Source of the DNA: an uncultured Actinomycetota bacterium
Lineage (GTDB): Bacteria; Actinomycetota; Actinomycetes; JAHEKZ01
NCBI GenBank assembly: GCA_963718235.1
Contig: CAVQYR010000001.1
Location: forward strand, 1,376,001-1,440,000
Direction of reading: 5' to 3'
DNA length: 64,000 nucleotides
A program made the position numbers and the translations under genes. Below the pieces are notes generated by a model. That model was not told where the DNA came from and made no database searches. It saw only the letters and a program-made list of their open reading frames with translations. Below, piece after piece: positions 1 to 7,630 of this stretch. The number at the start of each line of letters is the position of its first letter. Positions within the stretch are counted from its first letter, which is position 1.

Positions 1-124
1 CCTGGTCGTCGATCACCGAGTCGAGGGAGTCGCGCCACTCCGCGGTCTCTTCCGGGTCGACGTCGACCAGCTGGGTGGGGAGGCCGCTGCTGATCAGCGG
101 GGGTCGCTCACGTCCGTCGGTCAC
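1..124 (-). CDS. aceE: Pyruvate dehydrogenase E1 component, N-terminal fragment (runs off the window edge)
   Basis: Manual translation MTDGRERPPLISSGLPTQLVDVDPEETAEWRDSLDSVIDDQ contains the AceE N-terminal DxDPEETxEW motif; usual neighbour of DUF3052/ahpE. Confidence 0.85.
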   Translation of the reverse strand, partial: MTDGRERPPLISSGLPTQLVDVDPEETAEWRDSLDSVIDDQ

Positions 125-180
125 GCCGGCTCCCTTCGTGTCGTCCAGTGGGGCACTGAACGCACGAGCCAGACTACGCC

Positions 181-194
181 GAGCCGATGGTCCC
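181..194. promoter_or_regulatory. DosR/DevR-like box upstream of the DUF1918 gene
   Basis: GAGCC-GATG-GTCCC resembles GGGAC-N4-GTCCC; the DUF1918 gene Rv0569 is a DosR regulon member in M. tuberculosis. Confidence 0.45.
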
Positions 195-261
195 TTGCCG
201 ATCCGGCGCCGGCACGACACCGTAGGAGGAGAAGCCCGAGAACTACGGAAGGAGCAGGGTC

Positions 262-447
262 ATGCAGGCGAAGGTTGGAGACACCCTGATCGTCCATGCG
301 AACCACACCGGAGAGCCCGACCGGTCCGCCGAGGTCCTCGAGGTCCACGGCGACGACGGGGCCCCACCCTTCCTGGTGAGGTACGACGACGGGCACGAGG
401 CCCTGGTGTTCCCGGGTCCCGACGCCGTCGTCCACCACACGGGCTGA
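262..447 (+). CDS. DUF1918 (Rv0569-like) small protein
   Basis: MQAKVGDTLIVH...EVLEVHGDDGAPPFLVRYDDGHEALVFPGPDA; AAGGAG RBS upstream. Confidence 0.85.
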   Translation: MQAKVGDTLIVHANHTGEPDRSAEVLEVHGDDGAPPFLVRYDDGHEALVFPGPDAVVHHTG

Positions 448-453
448 CCCCCG

Positions 454-876
454 GTGCACTCCCGAGTCCTCGAGGTCGCCACGGGTGAGGGAGAGGTCGT
501 CGTCGACCTGACCTCGCGCTGCGAGGACTTCCTGGCCGACGTAGGAGCCGCGGACGGGCTGCTTCACGTCTTCGTCCCCCATGCGACGGCCGGTGTCGCT
601 GTCATCGAGACCGGGGCAGGAAGCGACCACGACCTGCTCGGGGCCCTCGGCGCGCTCCTCCCGGCGTCGGGACCGGGCCGGAGCAGTTGGCGGCACCAGC
701 ACGGCAGCCCGGGCCATGGGCGCGACCATGTCGTACCGGCGTTCCTGGCCCCGTTCGCGGTCCTCCCGGTGCTCCAGGGTCGCCTGGCGCTGGGCACCTG
801 GCAGAGCGTCACCCTGGTCGACACCAACGGGGACAACCGGCGTCGAAGCGTCCGGCTGTCGTACCTCGCCGGCTGA
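454..876 (+). CDS. yjbQ: YjbQ/UPF0047 family protein (secondary thiamine-phosphate synthase)
   Basis: FVPHATAG, HxHGSPGHGRDH and LALGTWQS motifs. Confidence 0.85.
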   Translation: MHSRVLEVATGEGEVVVDLTSRCEDFLADVGAADGLLHVFVPHATAGVAVIETGAGSDHDLLGALGALLPASGPGRSSWRHQHGSPGHGRDHVVPAFLAPFAVLPVLQGRLALGTWQSVTLVDTNGDNRRRSVRLSYLAG

Positions 877-1013
877 GCGACCCGTCGTCGCGCAACGCGG
901 ACCCCGTCGAATCGGCCGAAATGCTTGCGCCGGGGCCCCGGACCGGATGGACTACCCCGGACGGGCCCGAGCGGGTCCTCGTTCCAGCAGTTTCGATTGA
1001 TGGGGAGACACCG

Positions 1014-1445
1014 GTGAGCGCGACCGCCGCGGACGCGGACGGCCAGCGAAGCCTGGCAGACAAGCTGGGGTTCGCTTTGGAGGACGTCGTGCTCGAGCTC
1101 GGCTACGACGACGACTGCGATGAGGAGCTCCGCGCCGCCATCGCGACCGCGATCGGCGTACCGATGCTGGACGAGGACCACGACGACTTCGTCGACACCG
1201 TCGTTCTGTGGTGGCGCGACGACGACGGTGACCTCGCCGACGCACTGGTCGACGCGCTGTCCTCGCTCGGGTCGGGCGGGGTGATCTGGCTGCTGACCCC
1301 CAAGGCCGGCCGGGACGGGCATGTCGAACCCAGTGACATCGGGGAGGCCGCGCCCACCGCGGGGCTGTCCGCGACCAAGAGCACGAGTGCGGCGCGTGAC
1401 TGGTCGGGGACCAGGCTCGTCGCCCCCAAGGTCACCCGACGCTGA
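1014..1445 (+). CDS. DUF3052 family protein
   Basis: GTG start at 1014 after GGGAGA; LADKLGF...ELGYDDDCD...LWWRDDDGDLAD...IWLLTPKAGR; synteny with aceE and ahpE. Confidence 0.85.
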   Translation: MSATAADADGQRSLADKLGFALEDVVLELGYDDDCDEELRAAIATAIGVPMLDEDHDDFVDTVVLWWRDDDGDLADALVDALSSLGSGGVIWLLTPKAGRDGHVEPSDIGEAAPTAGLSATKSTSAARDWSGTRLVAPKVTRR

Positions 1446-1461
1446 GCGTCGGACCGTCTGC

Positions 1462-1920
1462 CTACAGCTCGGCGAGGGTCTTCTCGTACGCACCCGGGTC
1501 TCTGGCGTCGTCGATCGACTTGACGATGGTGAAGCGGACGGTGCCCTGCTTGTCGACGATGAAGGTGCCTCGGATCGCCACTCCGGCGTCCTCGTGGAAG
1601 ACCCCGTACGTGCGCGCAATGGCACCGTGGGGCCAGAAGTCGCTCAGCAGCGAGAAGGTGTAGCCCTCACGCTCGGCGTAGATGCGCAGGCTGTACCGGG
1701 AGTCGCAGGAGATGACGAGGGTGACCGTGTCGTCGTTGTCGAACGAAGCGATCCGGTCTTGGATCTCGCCCAGCTCACCGGTGCAGGTACCGGTGAAGGC
1801 CCAGGGGTAGAAGACAATGACGACGTTCTTCTCCCCGCGGTAGCTGCTCAGGGTGACGGGCTCGCCGTGCTGGTTGCGAAGGGTGAAGTCCGGGGCTTGT
1901 TGACCGACCTCGACGCTCAT
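1462..1920 (-). CDS. ahpE: 1-Cys peroxiredoxin AhpE
   Basis: APDFTL, FYPWAFTGTCTGEL, LLSDFWPHG and RGTFIVD motifs. Confidence 0.9.
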   Translation of the reverse strand: MSVEVGQQAPDFTLRNQHGEPVTLSSYRGEKNVVIVFYPWAFTGTCTGELGEIQDRIASFDNDDTVTLVISCDSRYSLRIYAEREGYTFSLLSDFWPHGAIARTYGVFHEDAGVAIRGTFIVDKQGTVRFTIVKSIDDARDPGAYEKTLAEL

Positions 1921-2012
1921 GAGATCTCCTCGACGTGACGGGGGGTGGCTCCCCAGTCAAGCAGCCAGGCGAAGGCCACGCACGGCCGGAGCGTCTGGGA
2001 GGTGAACAACGT

Positions 2013-2068
2013 CGGACCTAGGTCCCGAAGGAGGGGACCAATGCTCCCTTACGACGGGTCGTTGACCG
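2013..2068. promoter_or_regulatory. Three tandem DosR/DevR-like boxes at 21-bp spacing
   Basis: CGGAC-CTAG-GTCCC (2013), GGGAC-CAAT-GCTCC (2034) and CGGGT-CGTT-GACCG (2055), upstream of the DoxX gene. Confidence 0.6.
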
Positions 2069-2160
2069 GTCAACACTTGACCCATCGCGGGACACCATCC
2101 CGCACCGCCCTTCCTGGCCGCCGGCTAACCCGGAGGCCACCGGACTCCACGAGGTGAGTC

Positions 2161-2778
2161 ATGGCCACACAGACCGCAGCAACCACCACCACAGAATCGA
2201 AGTCCTGGTACCGCGGCTTCGCGACGTCGCCTGCCGCGCACGTGTTCGCGGGGATCAGCCGTATCCTGCTCGGCTTGGTCTTCCTCTGGGCCTTCCTGGA
2301 CAAGACCTTCGGCCTGGGCTGGGCCACCCCGTCCGAGGAAGCCTGGAAGTTCGGCGCCGGAGACGGCAGCCCCACCTACGGGTTCCTGGCCTTCGCCACC
2401 AACCCGGACAGCCCGCTGAGCGGTGTGTGGAGCAGCTTCGCCGATGCCGCTGAAGGCAACCCCAACGCGTGGACGAACTGGCTGTTCATGGCCGGACTGC
2501 TCGGCGTCGGCATCGCGCTGACGCTCGGCATCTTCATGCGGATCGGCTCCGTCTCGGCAGTGGCCATGCTCGCGCTCATGTGGCTCGCCGAGTGGCCCGT
2601 GACCAAGGTCCTGGACGAGTCCGGCCGCAACACCTTCAACGCCCCGATCCTCGACGACCACATCGTCTACGGCGTCGTCATCATCACGCTCATGCTGTTC
2701 GGCGCGGAGCGCTGGCTCGGCCTGGGCAAGTGGTGGGAGTCGCTGGGCTTCGTCAAGAAGCTTCCCTGGCTCGCCTGA
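2161..2778 (+). CDS. DoxX/DoxD-family membrane protein (thiosulfate:quinone oxidoreductase-like)
   Basis: RILLGLVFLWAFLDKTFGLGWAT, SPTYGFL, WLFMAGLLGVGIAL and DDHIVY motifs; GAGGTG RBS. Confidence 0.8.
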   Translation: MATQTAATTTTESKSWYRGFATSPAAHVFAGISRILLGLVFLWAFLDKTFGLGWATPSEEAWKFGAGDGSPTYGFLAFATNPDSPLSGVWSSFADAAEGNPNAWTNWLFMAGLLGVGIALTLGIFMRIGSVSAVAMLALMWLAEWPVTKVLDESGRNTFNAPILDDHIVYGVVIITLMLFGAERWLGLGKWWESLGFVKKLPWLA

Positions 2779-2794
2779 CCACAACGGGCACGAT

Positions 2795-2826
2795 CCGAGG
2801 GGCCGCTCGTCCGGGCGGCCCCTCGG
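2795..2826 (+). terminator. GC-rich hairpin after the DoxX gene
   Basis: CCGAGGGGCCGCTCG-TC-CGGGCGGCCCCTCGG inverted repeat. Confidence 0.6.
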
Positions 2827-2852
2827 CCTGCCCGGGTACTCTTCCGCCGTTC

Positions 2853-2924
2853 GGGCGTATAGCTCAGCGGTAGAGCTCTGGTCTTACAAACCAGCGGTCG
2901 TAGGTTCGATCCCTACTGCGCCCA
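2853..2924 (+). tRNA. tRNA-Val (anticodon TAC); CCA not encoded
   Basis: GGGCGTA/TGCGCCC acceptor stem, TAGCTCAGCGGTAGAGC D-arm, CTGGT-CTTACAA-ACCAG anticodon arm, GTAGG-TTCGATC-CCTAC T-arm. Confidence 0.95.
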
Positions 2925-2985
2925 CCGCGTTTGCGCAGGTCAGAGACGAGAGAACCCCCCCGGCGACCAACCGGAGGGGCAGGAC

Positions 2986-3002
2986 TCTCACAAGAGTCTC
3001 AC
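2986..3002. repeat. Putative integrase arm-binding site, left
   Basis: TCTCAC-AAGAG-TCTCAC (11-bp period); matches 4860-4876 at 15/17 positions. Confidence 0.65.
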
Positions 3003-3015
3003 AGTAGGACAGCGG

Positions 3016-4157
3016 TCACCCGGACAGCAGCCGCGCCATGACCTCGGCTGCTGCCTGCTGCTCGGATCCGTGGGGTACGCCGTACGTGTCGCGCATGACC
3101 GTCTCGTTGTGACCGAGCCTGGCCGTGATCACCCCGTCAGGCAGCCCGGCAGCCCGCAACGTCTTGACCTGCGCGTGACGGGTCGCGTGGAGCCCGAGGT
3201 ACGGCACCCCGGCCCGCTGGCACAGCCGCCGCCACTCCGCCGTCAGGTACTCCGGTCGGATCGGTGACCCGTCCTCATGCGCGGCGAGCAGGTCGTCAGG
3301 TCCGAGACCGACACCGACAGCGAGCCGCTCGACCGCGTGCGCCTTCCGCATGGCCCGCAGCCGCTCGACAGTCACCGAGTCGAGGGCGACGACCCGCTGA
3401 CCGCGTTCGGTCTTGGTCGCGTTGTCGGTGAATGCGCCAGCAGCCCATACGCGGGACCGGGACACCGTGACCGTCCCGCCGTCGAGGTCCACGTCGGACC
3501 AGCGCAGCGCCAGGGTCTCCGACCGTCGCAATCCGAGCAGGACGAGCGCGAACACACCCGCGAGTCGGTCACCGTCGGCGGCGCGTGACAGTTCCCGGAC
3601 CTGCTCGACGGTGTACGCCTGTCGCTTGGCCGCTGCCGACCCTTCGGGGACACACCCTCGGCCACGTTGCTCGGTACGATCCGGCGGCGCACCCAGTACG
3701 TCAGGACCGCCCGCACAAGCGTCAGCGACAGCCCGACAGAACGCGCCGAGTGCGTGACGCTCATGCCGTCCACCATCGCCGCCACGTCGTCGTAAGTCAG
3801 GTCGGCGACTGGGCGAGGCCCGATCACCGCGTGGACGCGGGCGAGCGCATGCCGATAGCCCGAGAGTGTCGCTGGCCGCACGGCCTTGCGTCCGTGGTCG
3901 CCGCGTTCGACCCGTGCCAGGTATTCGTCGGCGAGGTCGGCGAACGTGACCCGCACCGGGGCGAGGTAGGTGCCTCGGGACAGGTCTGCCCGCACTTGCG
4001 CGACGTGCTGCCGCGCATCGGTCAGCGAGTGGTGTGTGGTCGTGACCTGCCGTCGCCGTTCACCGGGTCGGGACACGTCGAGAGTCACCCGGTAGCGCGG
4101 CGCTCCCGACTTCGTGGTCACGAGCCGGATCGGCTCACCCTTGCGCGGCTGTGCCAC
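3016..4157 (-). pseudogene. Tyrosine recombinase/integrase split by one frameshift near 3630-3645
   Basis: N-terminal ORF (VAQPRKGEPIRL...TFADLADEYL...SNVAEGV) and C-terminal ORF with LRRSE, TKT, HATRH, LGH and DTY catalytic motifs in a different frame. Confidence 0.85.
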
Positions 4158-4397
4158 TCGTGCTTGGACTACTGGGGGGTCGTCGCCCGCCCTGAGGTGG
4201 AGGCGATGGTCGCCGACCTGTGCGCGGGCCGATGGTGAGGCAGCCCACCGTGCGACGGGGGGTGCGCGCTCACCGGCGGGAGTCGTCGAAACGTAGCCGC
4301 CCGTGTCGCCCGACCCTTGGGGCCTTAGGTCCCGAACAGCCCAGCGCCCCACCCCTGGATCTGTGGCAGGGTCTAGGCGGTGCCGCCACGATGGGCG

Positions 4398-4760
4398 TTA
4401 GTACTGCTCGCAGGTCTCGATCCCCTGTTGGATCTTGTCCTGGTCACGCTCGGAGAGTTGCAGGCCGCGCCAGGCGCTGCGTAGGAGTTGCTGGGCGTTC
4501 CAGAGCCGGAGCACTTCACGCGTCAGAGCCTTGTCGCCAGCTGCTTCCTCCCCTGCCAAGTCGAGGTTCCACACCTGTGCATAGCCCTCATCGAACGCTT
4601 CTCGATCCTTCGACTCATACCCCGTCGCCATCGTCCGAAGCCCATCGCAGGCGTCAGCCATGTACGACTCGTAGGCGCTGGAACACCCGCCAGCCGCCAA
4701 CACGATCACGGCAGCACTCATCAGACCGGCTAGCCGGCGCAGAGACTTCGATGCCCCCAT
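4398..4760 (-). CDS. Hypothetical lipoprotein (island cargo)
   Basis: MGASKSLRRLAGLMSAAVIVLAAGGC: basic n-region, hydrophobic h-region and lipobox Cys; predicted helical mature part with two further Cys. Confidence 0.65.
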   Translation of the reverse strand: MGASKSLRRLAGLMSAAVIVLAAGGCSSAYESYMADACDGLRTMATGYESKDREAFDEGYAQVWNLDLAGEEAAGDKALTREVLRLWNAQQLLRSAWRGLQLSERDQDKIQQGIETCEQY

Positions 4761-4859
4761 TAACAGGAAACCCCTTGCGACGAACCCGGCTGCCATCCCG
4801 AAGCCAGAGATGATGCCACTTGTGCCCGCCGGTTTCACATGATCCACCGTAGAACGGAT

Positions 4860-4876
4860 TCTCACGGGAGTCTCAC
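4860..4876. repeat. Putative integrase arm-binding site, right
   Basis: TCTCAC-GGGAG-TCTCAC, about 105 bp inside the right att repeat. Confidence 0.65.
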
Positions 4877-4980
4877 GGATGCCCCCGGATTGGGTTGGAC
4901 GGGACGGACTCCGACCCGGACTCCTGAGCGCGGGACGGACCACGCCGACACCTGCCGAACCCCTTGCCTGCGACTTACGG

Positions 4981-5016
4981 ACCAGCGGTCGTAGGTTCGA
5001 TCCCTACTGCGCCCAC
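4981..5016 (+). repeat. att site: duplicated 3' end of tRNA-Val
   Basis: ACCAGCGGTCGTAGGTTCGATCCCTACTGCGCCCAC is identical to 2890-2925. Confidence 0.95.
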
Positions 5017-5065
5017 GCTCTGGCCGCGTGAGGCGACCCATGACACGCTGCTGCCGTTGGTGCGG

Positions 5066-5161
5066 TCAGTCCTTACGGCGCATCGCGGTCACCAGGCCCC
5101 AGACGATGCTGACGACGAAGCCGATCACGACCAGACCAACCAGCAGCCACACAAGGTTCAT
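5066..5161 (-). CDS. Putative 31-aa single-pass membrane peptide
   Basis: MNLVWLLVGLVVIGFVVSIVWGLVTAMRRKD: one hydrophobic helix plus basic tail; TACCCT 6 nt before the ATG suggests a leaderless start. Confidence 0.45.
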   Translation of the reverse strand: MNLVWLLVGLVVIGFVVSIVWGLVTAMRRKD

Positions 5162-5692
5162 GACGGACAGGGTACCGAGCAGCTGCTCACACGGCCGGGA
5201 TGGGGCCGCTGGCTGGGTCAGCCGTAGCTTGCGTTGACCGTACGTCGCGTCAGGCCCACCCACGCCAGGAGCGCCGACGTGGTCATCATCAGCACGATGG
5301 ACGTCCGGGTCGCCGACGTCCATCGTGCTCGGCCGTCGCGTCACCGGCTCGATCAGGTGCCCGGCGATGCTCACGAACCCGATCGATGCGGCGACAGCGG
5401 CGGGAAGCGAACCGACGTTGCGCGCATGCCGGGCGGCGACTGCTGCCGCCACCGGCATGTACCAAGGTGGAGCAATCCCTGCACCCCACCCCACCGCGAG
5501 TGCTGTCGGGTCGTGCCCATCATGCGCGCTGGGCGTTCCGAGACCGTTTACGACCGCCCCCGGGCGGAGCCTTGGAGCGTCTTTCGTGGCTCTCGGCCCG
5601 GCCCTTCGCCTCTGCCGGAGGTGGTCACCGGGGGGGCACAGTGGTAGCAGTGCGGGGGCGCTCCGCCTCCGTGAACGGCCTCCAAGGAGGTC

Positions 5693-7189
5693 ATGGCCAT
5701 GACACTGCTCGACCGCCCCCCGACTCCGGAAACGCTCGCTGGGGAACCCCCTGTTCTCACCCACACGCCCGCTCCTGCTCCCGCCGCCGAGGAGGGCGCC
5801 AAGATCGGACTGCCAGGTGCAACGGCACTGGTGATCGGGTCGATCATCGGGACCGGCATCTTCACCGTCCCGGCGGCTCTCGCCGGATTCGGCACGATCG
5901 GCATCCTGGCCTTCGTGGTCGTGAGCATCGGCGCGATCTTCCTCGCGATCATGTACGGCTCACTGTCCAAGCGACGTCCCGAGGCCGGCGGCCCCTACGC
6001 CTACGCCCGTGACGCCTTCGGCGAGTTCGCCGGCTTCACGAACGCCTGGTCCTACTGGCTCACTTCCTGGGCCGGGAACGCGGCGCTCGTGACCGGCTGG
6101 GTCCTGTACGTCGTGGTCTTCTTCGACGGTGCCTTCGGCTGGACGCTCTCGAGCACCGCGTGGCTCGTCACCTTCGCCATGGTCGGACTGTGGGTCCCGG
6201 CGATCGTGAACCTGCTCGGTATTCGTCAGATGGACTGGTTCCAGGTGTTCACGACGGTGGCGAAGTTCGTGCCGCTCGCCTTTGTGGCGACTGTCGGCCT
6301 GTTCTTCATGTCGGCAGACAACTTCGGTCCGTTCAACGTCAGTGGCGACAACTGGTTCGGCGCTATTAGTTCCGCCGGTGTGGTCGTGCTGTTCGCCTTC
6401 CTCGGCGTCGAGGCTGCGTCCATCGCGGCCGGCCGGGTCCGAAACCCCGACCGTAACGTGCCGCGCGCGACCATCATCGGGACTCTCGCCAGCGCCCTGG
6501 TGTACGTCCTGTGCACCGTGGCCATCTTCGGCGTCGTCGGGCCGAAGGCTCTGGCCGAGAGCACCGCCGTAGGCGCCCCGTTCGTCGACACTTTCGCGGT
6601 GATCCTGGGCAGCTCCAGCTTCGGCTGGGCCGTTGCTCTGGTCGCCGTCGTCTCCGGTATCGGGGCGCTGAACGGCTGGACGATGATCTGCGCCGAGATG
6701 CCGTATGCGGCGGCACGCGACCGAGTCTTCCCGAAGGCCTTCGCCTGGACGACGAAGCAGGATGTGCCCTGGTTCGCAATCGTGAGCGGAGCTGCCCTAG
6801 CCAGCGCCGCCGCCATCTTCAGCTACAGCGGAGAGGGCGGGCTCAACGCCTTCCTCACCCTGGTCTACCTGACCGGCGTGACCGCGGCGATCCCGTACTT
6901 CTTCTCCGCGCTGGCCCAGGTGTACTTCGTGTTCACCGACCCGCAGCGGGTCAGTCCCGGACGTCTGGTCCTCGACACGTTCGTGGCCATCATGGCCGGT
7001 CTCTTCTCGCTGTGGTTCGTCTACGGGTCCGGATCTGACGCGACCTACTGGGCATTCCTCATGATCCTGGCCGGGTTCGCCGTCTACGCGGTGATGAAGA
7101 TCCTCGACCACCGCCGCATCCCCGACCGACTCGCGAGCGAACCGGCGCCAACGCGCCCGAGCCCGATCGAGCAGGCCGTCACCCGGTAG
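5693..7189 (+). CDS. APC-family amino acid/polyamine permease (AdiC/CadB/PotE-like)
   Basis: GSIIGTGIF, GGPYAYAR, AFLGVEAAS and NPDRNVPRAT motifs; about 12 TM segments; AAGGAGG RBS. Confidence 0.9.
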   Translation: MAMTLLDRPPTPETLAGEPPVLTHTPAPAPAAEEGAKIGLPGATALVIGSIIGTGIFTVPAALAGFGTIGILAFVVVSIGAIFLAIMYGSLSKRRPEAGGPYAYARDAFGEFAGFTNAWSYWLTSWAGNAALVTGWVLYVVVFFDGAFGWTLSSTAWLVTFAMVGLWVPAIVNLLGIRQMDWFQVFTTVAKFVPLAFVATVGLFFMSADNFGPFNVSGDNWFGAISSAGVVVLFAFLGVEAASIAAGRVRNPDRNVPRATIIGTLASALVYVLCTVAIFGVVGPKALAESTAVGAPFVDTFAVILGSSSFGWAVALVAVVSGIGALNGWTMICAEMPYAAARDRVFPKAFAWTTKQDVPWFAIVSGAALASAAAIFSYSGEGGLNAFLTLVYLTGVTAAIPYFFSALAQVYFVFTDPQRVSPGRLVLDTFVAIMAGLFSLWFVYGSGSDATYWAFLMILAGFAVYAVMKILDHRRIPDRLASEPAPTRPSPIEQAVTR

Positions 7190-7194
7190 TCGCA

Positions 7195-7228
7195 GATGCG
7201 GGACGCTCCGAGGGGAGCGTCCCGCATC
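7195..7228. terminator. Hairpin between convergent genes
   Basis: GATGCGGGACGCTCC-GAGG-GGAGCGTCCCGCATC, perfect 15-bp stem. Confidence 0.75.
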
Positions 7229-7257
7229 GCTGCGCCCCCATGCGGACAGCCGAGCCT

Positions 7258-7542
7258 TCAGACCGTCTGCCACTCACCGTCGATCCACTCCGGCTCGCCA
7301 TCGAGGAGCGGAGCGACCTGCGTGGTCCACCACTCGTTCTGGCCGGGATCGTCGGCGAGCTTCTGGTACGCCTCCTTGGACTCGAACCGCACCGCCATGA
7401 CGACCCGTCCGTCGTCTGCGGTCATGACCCACTGGTCGACGTAGCCGACCGACGGGCCGCGCTCGGTCGTCCACCGCCGGGAGGACTCCCTGAGCTGGTC
7501 GGTTGAAACCGTGGTTCGGGCGATCATCACTGTTCCGTACAT
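7258..7542 (-). CDS. Small hypothetical protein, possible dimeric alpha-beta barrel (ABM-like)
   Basis: MYGTVMIAR...VRFESKEAYQKLADDPGQNEWW...LLDGEPEWIDGEW; AGGAGG RBS. Confidence 0.7.
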   Translation of the reverse strand: MYGTVMIARTTVSTDQLRESSRRWTTERGPSVGYVDQWVMTADDGRVVMAVRFESKEAYQKLADDPGQNEWWTTQVAPLLDGEPEWIDGEWQTV

Positions 7543-7630
7543 GGCGCCTCCTGTTCCACCGTCGGTCGGTGGAATGCGGGCCGCGGGAGCGGCCGGGCGG
7601 CCACGGGTGGTGGCCGTTAGGGTGCCTGAC

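Larger units (their letters stand above)
2890..5016. mobile_element. Minimal tRNA-Val-integrated island (tyrosine integrase plus one lipoprotein)
   Basis: Exact 36-bp direct repeat of the tRNA 3' half at 2890-2925 and 4981-5016 encloses an integrase gene. Confidence 0.9.

Noticed and set aside
4964-5016. Second tRNA gene
   Set aside because: Only the 3' 36 nt match; the D-arm and 5' acceptor strand are absent, so it is an att remnant.
5560-5615. DosR boxes upstream of the amino acid permease
   Set aside because: GTGGC-TCTC-GGCCC and neighbouring sequences match weakly and lack clear 21-bp phasing; too weak in GC-rich DNA to call.
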